The notes under the pieces were generated by a model. The model saw only the letters and a list, made by a program, of their open reading frames with translations. It ran no database searches and was not told the DNA's origin. DNA of 32,000 nucleotides from Lachnospiraceae bacterium (lineage in GTDB: Bacteria; Bacillota; Clostridia; Lachnospirales; Lachnospiraceae): contig JAAUZH010000018.1 of assembly GCA_014804675.1 (NCBI GenBank), positions 1,166 to 33,165 of the forward strand, written 5' to 3'. This document shows positions 1-8,551 of this stretch, piece by piece. Made by a program: the position numbers and the translations under genes. Position 1 is the first letter of the stretch. The number at the start of each line of letters is the position of its first letter.

Positions 1-808
1 TGGTAGGAGCACACATAATAGCAAACTGATGAATCTTGGTCATCTGTTCAATGATTTCCTTTGGTCCGCATGCGTAGCCAAGCCTCCATCCGGTCATGGC
101 ATATGCCTTGGAAAACCCATTGATTACAATAGTCCTTTCCTTCATTCCTTCTATGTTGGCAATGGAAACATGGTCTCCATGATAGGACAGCTCTGCATAA
201 ATCTCATCGGAAATTACAAAAATATCGTGCTTTTTAATTACCTCTGCAATTGCCTCCAAATCCTTCCGCTCCATAATAGCGCCTGTAGGATTGTTAGGGA
301 AAGGCAGAATCAGCACTTTTGTTTTTTCCGTAATGGCCTCTTCTAATTCCTGTGCCGTAAGGCGGAACTGGTTTTCATGTTTTAATTCAATAATAACCGG
401 CTTTCCCCCTGCTAAAATAGCACATGGCTCATAGGACACATAGCTGGGCTGGGGAATCAATACTTCCTCTCCGGGATTGAGCATGGCACGAAGCCCTATG
501 TCAATTGCCTCTGAACCGCCTACCGTTACCAACACTTCATTGTTGTAATGATATTCCAGATTCATGCGTCTTTTCAAATAATTGCAAATTTCTATTTTCA
601 GTTCTTTTAAACCTGCATTGGACGTATAAAAGGTACGACCTTTTTCTAAAGAATATATACCCTCATCCCGAATGAACCAGGGGGTTTCAAAATCAGGCTC
701 TCCTACACCTAATGAGATGGCATTTTTCATTTCGCTTACAATGTCAAAAAACTTCCTGATTCCTGAGGGCTTTAAAGCTACTACCTGATCTGCTAATGGA
801 TTTCTCAT
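1..808 (-). CDS. PLP-dependent aminotransferase, class I/II (C-terminal part cut by window edge)
   Basis: Below the ORF-track view because it runs off the window. My minus-strand translation from ATG 808-806 reads MRNPLADQVVALKPSGIRKFFDI...VINGFSKAYAMTGWRLGYACGP, which contains the SKxxxxxGxRxGY PLP-lysine motif. The start overlaps the upstream Lrp stop as ATGA (805-808). Confidence 0.85.
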   Translation of the reverse strand, partial: MRNPLADQVVALKPSGIRKFFDIVSEMKNAISLGVGEPDFETPWFIRDEGIYSLEKGRTFYTSNAGLKELKIEICNYLKRRMNLEYHYNNEVLVTVGGSEAIDIGLRAMLNPGEEVLIPQPSYVSYEPCAILAGGKPVIIELKHENQFRLTAQELEEAITEKTKVLILPFPNNPTGAIMERKDLEAIAEVIKKHDIFVISDEIYAELSYHGDHVSIANIEGMKERTIVINGFSKAYAMTGWRLGYACGPKEIIEQMTKIHQFAIMCAPT

Positions 809-1314
809 GGTGTAATCTTCATCCTTTCATCTGTTGTTTTTGTTGCTAAAATCGTTCCGTGCTCCTTATATTTCTTTAAAATAAAGTGAGTTGCCGTACT
901 AAGCACGGATTCCAAGGTGGATAATTTGTCGGTGACAAAGTTGGAAACCTCCTTTAAGGATTTCCCTTCCAGGGTTACTAACAAGTCATATCCTCCGGAA
1001 ATCAGATACACTGCATGAACCTCCGGATATTTATAAATTCGCTCTGCAATGTTGTCAAAGCCCTGTCCTCTTTGGGGTGTTACACGAACTTCAATCAGGG
1101 CAGTTACCTTTTCAATAGAGGTCTTTTCCCAGTCTACCAGTGTATGGTAGCCGCAAATAACTCCTTCTTCCTCCATTTTCTTTAATTCATTTGCCACATC
1201 AATTTCCGGCATTCCCAAAATCACTGCCAGCTCTTTTATATCAATGCGGCTGTTCTTTTCTATAATGGATAAAATCTGTTCTCTCATCCTTTTAATCTCC
1301 TTTATGATTCTCAT
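805..1314 (-). CDS. Lrp/AsnC family transcriptional regulator
   Basis: N-terminal HTH (ILSIIEKNSRIDIKELAVILGMPEIDVANELKKMEEEG) followed by a RAM/AsnC-C type domain. The internal ATG at 1287 has a better SD (AAAGGAG, 9 nt) than the ORF-track start at 1314, so the true start may be 1287. Confidence 0.85.
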   Translation of the reverse strand: MRIIKEIKRMREQILSIIEKNSRIDIKELAVILGMPEIDVANELKKMEEEGVICGYHTLVDWEKTSIEKVTALIEVRVTPQRGQGFDNIAERIYKYPEVHAVYLISGGYDLLVTLEGKSLKEVSNFVTDKLSTLESVLSTATHFILKKYKEHGTILATKTTDERMKITP

Positions 1315-1342
1315 ATTTTATTTTTTAAGTTAATTCTAATGC

Positions 1343-2338
1343 TTACTCATTCATGCCTAATGCCTTATACAGTTCATCTGTTTTCGGCGGCTCTAAAAAT
1401 CTGCTTTCCTCTCCGTTTATAACAACCCTGTCATTGCTGTCCGTGGTTTTTCCCACCACTGTCCCGTGGATTCCCTGCTCCTTCAGGGCTGCTACCAGAT
1501 CATGTCCATTGTCCGTAATAATCAGCATACTTCCACTGGAAATTAACTCATAGGGGCTGATACGGAAATATTCACAGATTTCTACTGTCTCCTGCTTGAT
1601 TGGAAGCTTCATTAAATCGATTCGTAGTCCAACGCCTGCACCTTCTGCCACTTCCCAGAGAGCACCAAAAATTCCGCCCTCCGTCACGTCATGCATAGCA
1701 CTTGCGCCGGACTTAATGGCGGTGGCGGCCTCTTTCACTACGGACAGATACTGGTCAAAGCCTTTTGCAGTATCGATCAGATGTCTGGGATATCTTGTAA
1801 GAAGCTCTTCTTCCCTTTCTTTTGCTAAAATAGAAGTCCCCTCTAACCCAATCCACTTGGTCACCACCACATCCTGACCGGGCTTGACATTCTTTGTCGT
1901 AAGCAGCCGTTCTTTTTTTCCCTTGCCGATACCGGTCACCGTCAGCACAGGTCTGTTCACCGCATCAGTAATTTCCGTGTGGCCTCCTAGAACCTGCATA
2001 TTCAACCGGGCACATGCTTCCTCCACATCTGCCATCATCTGTTTGATTTCAGGTTCCTCCGTATCAGGAGGCAATAGAGCCGTCAGCATCACTCCAATCA
2101 GTTCTCCTCCGCTGGAAGCAATGTCATTGGCAGTAATATGCACTGCCAGCTTTCCCACATCCTTAGTGGCCCCCGTAATAGGGTCAGTGGATACAACAAA
2201 GGTTTCTCCCTCTTTAAACTCTAAAATGGCGCAGTCTTCCCCTACTCCGGGACCAACCAGCACTTCATCCCGCCTGTTATGTACTTGTTTTAATATGGAC
2301 CGTTTTAATACATTTTCCGGTACTTTTCCAATTTTCAT
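1343..2338 (-). CDS. AIR synthase-related protein (PurM/ThiL/HypE superfamily)
   Basis: 331 aa. The GVGEDCAIL and DPITG N-terminal motifs, and the size, are typical of the PurM-like ATP-binding fold. The specific function is unknown. Confidence 0.75.
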   Translation of the reverse strand: MKIGKVPENVLKRSILKQVHNRRDEVLVGPGVGEDCAILEFKEGETFVVSTDPITGATKDVGKLAVHITANDIASSGGELIGVMLTALLPPDTEEPEIKQMMADVEEACARLNMQVLGGHTEITDAVNRPVLTVTGIGKGKKERLLTTKNVKPGQDVVVTKWIGLEGTSILAKEREEELLTRYPRHLIDTAKGFDQYLSVVKEAATAIKSGASAMHDVTEGGIFGALWEVAEGAGVGLRIDLMKLPIKQETVEICEYFRISPYELISSGSMLIITDNGHDLVAALKEQGIHGTVVGKTTDSNDRVVINGEESRFLEPPKTDELYKALGMNE

Positions 2339-2402
2339 ATTTGCCTCCTAATAGAACAGGCATACACTTCTATTATATAGATTAACAGCTTATATAATGA
2401 TA

Positions 2403-2427
2403 GGAAGTTCCCTTGCCGGAACTTCCC
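2403..2427 (-). terminator. Hairpin downstream of the VanW gene, a candidate intrinsic terminator
   Basis: Perfect 9-bp stem ggaagttcc/ggaacttcc with a 6-7 nt loop, 46 nt past the VanW stop. The trailing sequence on the minus strand (TATCATTATATAA) is only moderately U-rich. Confidence 0.45.
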
Positions 2428-2472
2428 AGTCACATTTCTGTTTTATTTTTTATTTCCTCATTGTACAAGTAA

Positions 2473-4032
2473 CTACTGTTGAGCCTGTGCTTCCTGCTGG
2501 GCCTGAGCTGCTGCCTCTGCCGCTGCCTGCTGAGCGGCTATAGCTGCCTGCTGCTGGGCAAGAGCCGCCTGGGCTGCTGCCTGTGCCGGATCCACTGGTG
2601 CATTTTTTACAGAAGCAATGATATTTTTCACATGGTCAATGTTTTGAGTTGCAATAGCTGCATTCACTGCTGCCGTTGCATTAGGATCTGCCGAAGCAGT
2701 TCCTACTACTGCTGTTCTCGGTGTCATTTTATAAGTGCTTTTATTTACCTGAGTACGGCTTTCCTCTACACCATCTACCGTAACAATCTTCCAAAGCTGT
2801 GCTACATAGCCTATGTGGGCTGACTGTACATCAATGAATCCGATAGGCTGTCCTCCGTCTGCAATTACCTTTTCTCCATCTGGGGTAGTCTTACTGAGCA
2901 CTTCGCTTTCATAGGTAACCTTACGATTAGAAGGCCTTGTCTCCACTCCGTAAATGGTAAAGGTTATCTTTTTATCTGCCGTAACTCCTTCTATATAAAT
3001 AGGATGTTCCAGATTATTGACAAATTTAAAGTCTTTTGAAGTTCCTGCAATAGCTGCATCGGCAGAAGGGTCTACATAAGTTACGATCATGGAATGGTTA
3101 TGACGTTCCGTTACTTCCAGCTCTGCCTTTAATACTGCATTGTACAAAGTTGTAGAAACCTGACAGATTCCTCCTCCAAGGCTGTCCACTACCATACCAT
3201 TTAAATAAGAGCCTGCTTCATAATATCCGTTTGCCTCCGTAAAGGGACTTACCGTTTCATACATGGAAAAGGAATCACCCGGATAAAGCAATGTTCCATT
3301 TACTAACCGGCAGCCGTTTGCCACGTTGCCGGAACGGTTCGAACCAGAAGAGGAATAGCTGGTCGTAAAGGTGCCAAGCACATCCTTTACTTTGGATAGT
3401 TCTTCCTCGGTTCCCCTTGGCTCATCAACTTCTACCTTTAAATCAATAGAAGCTTCCTCTCCTATCCATTCCGTAGTGAGATAATCATAAATTGCTGAAG
3501 CAGAGCCTGCCACATCGATTATAACGCCTGTTTGTCCCGGCTCAATGACGAATGCGCCGTTTTCCCTTGTAAGGGTTGCATCCTGTGCGGAAACATTAAA
3601 CTCTGCGCAGTCTTCCTCCAGAATTTTTGTGATAGCCTCTTTGTCAAAATCATAGGTTATTTCAAATACCTTATTTTCATATTCTAAATCCTTTAGCGCC
3701 TTGTATCTTTGTACGATATTTCCAACCTTTCCAAGGGAAAGGGCCTCATCGACCACTTCCTGATTCCTCCAGGAAAGCTGAAGATCTCCTGCCGAAACAG
3801 GCAGCTGATTATTATTCATGGCATTTAAAGTAATGGTGCTATCTTTTAAAGAAGAAACATATTCAGAGACTGCCGAAAGAGCTTCTTCTTTTGTCATACC
3901 GGAAACTTCCACTTCACCTATAAAAATTCCATTTTCAATTGTATCCTTATTGGCTGCTGCCTGGGTTTCCATGGCACCTGCAAAAAGAAAAAAGAGAAAT
4001 ACTGCAAACAGTGGAATAATATACTTTCTCAT
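2473..4032 (-). CDS. VanW family cell-wall-associated protein with C-terminal G5 domain and Ala/Gln-rich tail
   Basis: N-terminal signal/TM segment (IIPLFAVFLFFLFAGAMETQA). VanW core motif GGGICQVSTTLYNAVLKAELEVTERHNHS. G5-like segment (...IADGGQPIGFIDVQSAHIGYVAQLWKIVTVDGVEESRTQV...TAVVGT). Confidence 0.85.
   Translation of the reverse strand: MRKYIIPLFAVFLFFLFAGAMETQAAANKDTIENGIFIGEVEVSGMTKEEALSAVSEYVSSLKDSTITLNAMNNNQLPVSAGDLQLSWRNQEVVDEALSLGKVGNIVQRYKALKDLEYENKVFEITYDFDKEAITKILEEDCAEFNVSAQDATLTRENGAFVIEPGQTGVIIDVAGSASAIYDYLTTEWIGEEASIDLKVEVDEPRGTEEELSKVKDVLGTFTTSYSSSGSNRSGNVANGCRLVNGTLLYPGDSFSMYETVSPFTEANGYYEAGSYLNGMVVDSLGGGICQVSTTLYNAVLKAELEVTERHNHSMIVTYVDPSADAAIAGTSKDFKFVNNLEHPIYIEGVTADKKITFTIYGVETRPSNRKVTYESEVLSKTTPDGEKVIADGGQPIGFIDVQSAHIGYVAQLWKIVTVDGVEESRTQVNKSTYKMTPRTAVVGTASADPNATAAVNAAIATQNIDHVKNIIASVKNAPVDPAQAAAQAALAQQQAAIAAQQAAAEAAAQAQQEAQAQQ
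2476..2592 (-). repeat. Low-complexity GCN/CAG codon repeat encoding the AQ-rich tail of VanW
   Basis: Encodes DPAQAAAQAALAQQQAAIAAQQAAAEAAAQAQQEAQAQQ. On the plus strand it appears as reiterated ctgc/gcc units, and it also produces a spurious Cys/Leu-rich antisense ORF (2479-2823). Confidence 0.7.
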
Positions 4033-4071
4033 AATGCCTCCTCGTGTTATAATCTGGTGTAGTGGCGTCTG

Positions 4072-4170
4072 TTAAAAAATTGAAACAGCCATCGGCACTA
4101 CCATTGACAGAATCAAAAGAATGATAATAATTGTTGAAAAAATTTGTTTTGATTTTTTATTACGAAACAT
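4072..4170 (-). CDS. Candidate 32-aa single-pass membrane peptide upstream of VanW
   Basis: Below the ORF-track cut-off. Translation is MFRNKKSKQIFSTIIIILLILSMVVPMAVSIF, with SD AAGGTGA 5 nt upstream of the ATG. It has a basic N-terminus followed by about 20 hydrophobic residues. Caveat: it leaves only 33 nt to the divergent start at 4204. Confidence 0.3.
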   Translation of the reverse strand: MFRNKKSKQIFSTIIIILLILSMVVPMAVSIF

Positions 4171-4203
4171 TTTATTCACCTTCTTACTGAAAGGATATTA
4201 TAT

Positions 4204-4821
4204 ATGAATTTTATTATTTTGGCAAGTTTTATTCTATTAGGAGCTGTGATTACCCGTCAGCTTTCCAAATCTGACAAAAATAGCAAAAAGGCTGAGGAAG
4301 ATTTCTGGAATCGGGAGCGGGAGGCTAACAGCATCCGTAAAAAGCCCCTGGATGACTTAAACTATATACAAATCCCCTATGAAAAGCTGCCGTTCCATAT
4401 ATTAACGGAGAACCAACAGGTACAGGACTGCATGGAGCAAATCAACTCCTTAAGTGAGTTAAAAATAGTAAATCTAGCAGAATATACCAATACGGATTTA
4501 AAGCTGAAATATGGCACTGCCAACATTACCATCCTGTCGGAATATGACCAGAATTTTACCCTGTTGGTACGAACCCTGTATAAATGGGGCAGGCTTCTTT
4601 ATGAAGCAGGCTATGAGGAAGAGGCTTTAATTCCATTGGAGCTTGCTGTTTTTGCCGGAACAGATATCAGCGGCAATTACAAGCTTTTAGCTTCGATTTA
4701 TAAAAAGAAAGGGCAGATTTCCAAAATCGAAGACCTGAAGGCCTCTGCCCAGAGCTTGACTTCCATTATGAAAAAGCCTATCCTTACTTTCCTTTCGGAC
4801 ATCGTCCATACTGAGAAATAA
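4204..4821 (+). CDS. Hypothetical membrane-anchored protein (N-terminal TM, helical C-terminus)
   Basis: 205 aa. TM segment NFIILASFILLGAVI followed by a charged linker. No catalytic motif recognised. A perfect TTGACA lies at 4104-4109 upstream. The 3' end overlaps the convergent exonuclease gene by 38 nt. Confidence 0.6.
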   Translation: MNFIILASFILLGAVITRQLSKSDKNSKKAEEDFWNREREANSIRKKPLDDLNYIQIPYEKLPFHILTENQQVQDCMEQINSLSELKIVNLAEYTNTDLKLKYGTANITILSEYDQNFTLLVRTLYKWGRLLYEAGYEEEALIPLELAVFAGTDISGNYKLLASIYKKKGQISKIEDLKASAQSLTSIMKKPILTFLSDIVHTEK

Positions 4822-5497
4822 TACTGTCTGCATAACGGCTGGCTTCACTTTTTGTAAGCCTGTCAATATTGTATTCGGCAGTAATGGAATGATAGTTTAG
4901 CAGTTTTAATAAATATTTCTTTTGGGATTTCGTAGCAGGTCCATCCTTTTTTACCTGATGCTTCAATTCCTTAGGCCAAAACAGCTTTTCCTTTTCCTCC
5001 CTGCAAAACTGTTCTTCCAAAATCCTGTACAGCTCCAAAGTGGCTCTGGCATCTTCAAATGCTCTATGGGGCTCATAGGTGATTCCAAAATATCCACAAA
5101 GACTGGGCAGGTTTTTCTTCACATCCGGCATACAGACTCTGGCAATGGCCAGTGTATCCACGCCGCTTCTTTCATAAGAAAATCCACAATTTACCGCTGC
5201 TCTTTTCAAAAAGGAAAAATCAAATATAATGCTATGTCCCAAAAGGGGATAATTTCCTGCAAATTCTAAGTACTTTGGAATTACTTCTTCTATATAAGGC
5301 GCCCTTTCTAAATCCTGATCGGTTATATGGGTAATGTCCTGAACCCTTTCCGACAAAGCCCTTCCGGGATTTACAAAAGTCTCAAAGGTTCCTGTCTGTT
5401 TTCCCTCTTCCACTCTGATAGCGCCGATTTCTATGATTTTATCTTTTTTCGCATTCAGTCCGGTAGTTTCCAAATCCACCACCACAAAAGAATCCAT
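4784..5497 (-). CDS. DnaQ/DEDDh-type 3'-5' exonuclease with about 60-aa C-terminal helical extension
   Basis: Exo I (VVDLETTG), Exo II (HSIIFDFSFL) and Exo III (HRAFEDA) motifs are present. The SD GAGGA lies inside the end of nth, 4 nt after the nth stop. Confidence 0.85.
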   Translation of the reverse strand: MDSFVVVDLETTGLNAKKDKIIEIGAIRVEEGKQTGTFETFVNPGRALSERVQDITHITDQDLERAPYIEEVIPKYLEFAGNYPLLGHSIIFDFSFLKRAAVNCGFSYERSGVDTLAIARVCMPDVKKNLPSLCGYFGITYEPHRAFEDARATLELYRILEEQFCREEKEKLFWPKELKHQVKKDGPATKSQKKYLLKLLNYHSITAEYNIDRLTKSEASRYADSIISQYGRCPKGK

Positions 5498-5501
5498 GCA
5501 G

Positions 5502-6143
5502 CTATCCTCTTTTCATTTTTTCTTTATAATAAGAGCAATACTCCGTCAGAAAACACTCCTGACACTTTGGATTCCTTGCCATACAGATTTGCCTTCCAAA
5601 GGTAATAATCTGTATATTATATAAAATCCAATGGTCCTTGGGAAGAACCTTCATCAAATCCTGCTCAATTTTTACAGGGTCCTCTTCCTTGGTAAATCCA
5701 AGCTTTCTGGATATACGTTTTACATGAGTATCCACTACCACACTGGGCTCATGAAAAATATTGCCTCTTATTACATTGGCGGTCTTCCTTCCCACACCCT
5801 GCAAAGCGGTCAGCGCTTCTATATCGGAAGGCACTTCTCCGCCATATACGTCTACCAAAGTCTTACAGCAGGCAATGATATTTTTTGCCTTATTGTGATA
5901 AAAACCGGTAGATTTAATATCCTGTTCTAATTCGTTTAAATCCGCCTCAGCAAAATCCTGGGGACTTTTGTATTTCTGAAACAAATCCTTTGTGACGATA
6001 TTGACTCTGGCATCGGTGCACTGGGCGCTTAACATGGTGGCAATTAAAAGCTGCCATGCATTTTCGTGATTTAAGTAGCATTTATATTCTGTGGTGTAGA
6101 CCTGGTCCAGCCTGTCTAAAATTTCTTTCGTGCGTTTCGTCAT
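5502..6143 (-). CDS. nth: Endonuclease III (DNA glycosylase/AP lyase)
   Basis: HhH-GPD region (LTALQGVGRKTANVI), catalytic-Asp region (VVDTHVKR), and a C-terminal 4Fe-4S Cys cluster (CMARNPKCQECFLTEYC). Confidence 0.9.
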   Translation of the reverse strand: MTKRTKEILDRLDQVYTTEYKCYLNHENAWQLLIATMLSAQCTDARVNIVTKDLFQKYKSPQDFAEADLNELEQDIKSTGFYHNKAKNIIACCKTLVDVYGGEVPSDIEALTALQGVGRKTANVIRGNIFHEPSVVVDTHVKRISRKLGFTKEEDPVKIEQDLMKVLPKDHWILYNIQIITFGRQICMARNPKCQECFLTEYCSYYKEKMKRG

Positions 6144-6219
6144 AAACTTCCTCCTATTGTTTATATGAAAGAAACGGTTTTCAGTTAGCCATTATGAACA
6201 ATAATGGTTTGAAATGTAA

Positions 6220-7938
6220 TCATGCATCCGAAAAAACTTCATGCAGCGCTGCCTGATTGGTCAGTGGGGAACGGTTCCTATAGTCAAACAGCAGCATTTG
6301 AGGAGTCGGCAGCTTTTTCCCCGAATGCAAATCATAGTTAAATACCTCTATATGAGTCATCTTCGCCATCTGCCTTGCATCATAATCCCTATAATGGGGA
6401 AGCAGCTTTCTTTCCGCCTCTTCCTCTCTGTAAATGGCTCTGATTTTATCTTTATAAGGAGATAGGTTCTTTGCAAATTCCGGACGGCTTTTTGCATTTT
6501 CTCTTAAATAAAAATCCATTGTCAAAAGTTCCTTAAATAACTCTCCGTCTGAACCTATTTTATTTATAGCAAATTCTAAAAGAATCAGATAGCGGTAAGT
6601 TCTGGAAGGGGAATTGACGAAATATCCCTTCTCTTCATAATATTCGGCAAGAGCTTCATAAAAAGCAAAGGGACTTTCAAAAAGCTTCTCCAGCAAGGGG
6701 ATAGTTGCTGTAAACTGGCCGCTGTTATAATACAGCTCTACCATTTCCTCTACCCGTTTCAGTTTTCTGATTTCCTCATAGGAAAGCCATTTTGTATACA
6801 ATACCTCATAGGGCTCATAAGATGTATATGCAATCCCGTATTCTTCTGCCTTTTTATGCATGGGAGAGCCTTTTAAGATTTTCAAAAAGCCCAGCTGAAG
6901 CTGCTCCGGTTCCATAGCATAAACCTCATTAAAGGATTTTTGAAAGGTTTCAAAATCTTCATAGGGAAGGCCTGCAATCAAATCCAGATGCTGATGGATA
7001 TTGCCGCCCTTTTTTATGGCCTTTACGGTTTCCTTAAGCTTCCCAATGTCCATTACTCTCTGAATCTGGGAAATCGTAACGGGGTTCGTGGACTGTACTC
7101 CTATTTCCAGTTGGACGGCTCCCGGTCTGAATGTATTTAAAAGAGAAATTTCTTTTTCGTTTAATAAATCTGCCGCCACTTCAAAATGAAAATTCGTAAT
7201 ACCGTTGTCATGCTCTTTTATATACTGCCAGATGCTTATGGCATGTTCATGGTTACAATTAAAGGTCCTGTCCACGAACTTTACCTGCTTTACCCGGTTA
7301 TCCAAAAAGAACTGCAGCTCATTTTTCACAATATCCAGCCTTCTTAAACGCACTGTCTTATCAATGGAAGAAAGACAATAGCTGCAGCGAAAGGGACAGC
7401 CCCTGCTGGATTCATAGTAAATAATCTTATTTTGGAAATCCTCCAGCCTTTCATACAAAAAGGGAAGCTTGTCCAAATCCGTTAATGGTCTTTCTCCTGT
7501 TCTTCCTTCTTTTAATGCAAGTCCTTTTATAGCAGTAAGGGGCCTGCTGCCCTCCACATAATGCTCCATCAGCTCAAGGAAGGTTTCCTCTCCTTCCCCT
7601 TCCATAATACCAGTAATTTCTTCATGGGCACGTAAAACCTGCTCACTGTTATAAGAAACCTCCGGCCCTCCAAGCCATAAATCTGTTTCAGGCAGTATCT
7701 TTTTTATTTCCTTTGTCAGAGAAAGTACAGGGGAAATATTCCAGATATAACAGGAAAATGCCAACACATCCGGTTTTCTTTTATAGATATCCCCCATAAT
7801 TTCTTCCAAAGACTGATTAATGGTATATTCTGCCAGCTCTATATGCTCTTTATATTTCCCCGCATATGCCCGAAGGCTGTACAATGCCGGATTGGAATGT
7901 ATGTACTTTGCATTTAAAGCCGCTAATAATACCTTCAT
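6220..7938 (-). CDS. B12-binding domain radical SAM protein (DUF4080-type C-terminus)
   Basis: N-terminal MKVLLAALNAKYIHSNPALYSL is typical of the B12-binding class. CxxxCxxC is present as GCPFRCSYC. 572 aa. The start overlaps the tadA stop as ATGA (7935-7938). Confidence 0.85.
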   Translation of the reverse strand: MKVLLAALNAKYIHSNPALYSLRAYAGKYKEHIELAEYTINQSLEEIMGDIYKRKPDVLAFSCYIWNISPVLSLTKEIKKILPETDLWLGGPEVSYNSEQVLRAHEEITGIMEGEGEETFLELMEHYVEGSRPLTAIKGLALKEGRTGERPLTDLDKLPFLYERLEDFQNKIIYYESSRGCPFRCSYCLSSIDKTVRLRRLDIVKNELQFFLDNRVKQVKFVDRTFNCNHEHAISIWQYIKEHDNGITNFHFEVAADLLNEKEISLLNTFRPGAVQLEIGVQSTNPVTISQIQRVMDIGKLKETVKAIKKGGNIHQHLDLIAGLPYEDFETFQKSFNEVYAMEPEQLQLGFLKILKGSPMHKKAEEYGIAYTSYEPYEVLYTKWLSYEEIRKLKRVEEMVELYYNSGQFTATIPLLEKLFESPFAFYEALAEYYEEKGYFVNSPSRTYRYLILLEFAINKIGSDGELFKELLTMDFYLRENAKSRPEFAKNLSPYKDKIRAIYREEEAERKLLPHYRDYDARQMAKMTHIEVFNYDLHSGKKLPTPQMLLFDYRNRSPLTNQAALHEVFSDA

Positions 7939-8450
7939 AATGCCTGTCTGCTTTCCTTTTTCTTTTCTCTCAGTCTCTTAAAAAAATCACTTAGCATACT
8001 GCTGCACTCTTCCAAAAGAACCCCTCTTGTAACTTTTACCTGATGGTTGAACTCCTCCATCTGGAGCAGATTCAGGATGGACCCCCCACAGCCCGCCTTT
8101 GGGTTCATAGCTCCCATGACCACTTCCGATACTCTTGCCTGCACAATGGCTCCTGCACACATCTGACAGGGCTCCAATGTCACATACAGGCTGCAGCCCT
8201 CCAGCCGCCAGTCCCCCAGCTTTTTGCTTGCTCTTTTGATTGCTGTCATTTCCGCATGGGCAAGCGTATTTTTGTCAGTATTCCTGCGGTTATAAGCTCT
8301 TGCAATCACTTTTCCTTCGTAAACGATTACACAGCCAATGGGAACCTCTTCCAAAGCTTCCGCCTTTTTTGCCTGCTTTAAAGCTTCCTTCATGTATTTT
8401 TCCTGTAAAGAATACGCTCTCTTTTCCATTTTTTTAATAGCATCCGCCAT
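7935..8450 (-). CDS. tadA: tRNA adenosine(34) deaminase
   Basis: CDA zinc motifs HAEMTAI and PCQMCAGAI. The size and motif spacing are typical of TadA. Confidence 0.9.
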   Translation of the reverse strand: MADAIKKMEKRAYSLQEKYMKEALKQAKKAEALEEVPIGCVIVYEGKVIARAYNRRNTDKNTLAHAEMTAIKRASKKLGDWRLEGCSLYVTLEPCQMCAGAIVQARVSEVVMGAMNPKAGCGGSILNLLQMEEFNHQVKVTRGVLLEECSSMLSDFFKRLREKKKESRQAL

Positions 8451-8551
8451 ATGCTAAAACCCCTTGCCAGCATTCTTCAAATTTATTACAATAAAGAGGA
8501 ATTTTTATCTTTATTCACACTATGTTCATCATACCACAAAGAGGTGCCCCT

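Noticed and set aside
29-346. 105-aa plus-strand ORF at the left edge
   Set aside because: It lies entirely antisense to a clearly recognisable aminotransferase (PLP-lysine motif on the minus strand). It has no SD and its composition is odd, so it is a shadow ORF.
1353-2351. Three plus-strand ORFs (66, 93 and 155 aa) across the AIR-synthase-like gene
   Set aside because: Their Ser/Pro/Thr-rich translations are typical of the antisense of a real gene, and the minus-strand protein has clear family motifs.
2479-2823. 114-aa Cys/Leu-rich plus-strand ORF
   Set aside because: It is the complement of the GCN/CAG repeat that encodes the VanW AQ tail, so it is an artefact of low-complexity sequence.
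4784-4821. 38-nt convergent overlap of the 205-aa hypothetical gene and the exonuclease gene
   Set aside because: Short 3' overlaps of convergent genes are common in compact genomes, and nothing further here suggests a regulatory function.
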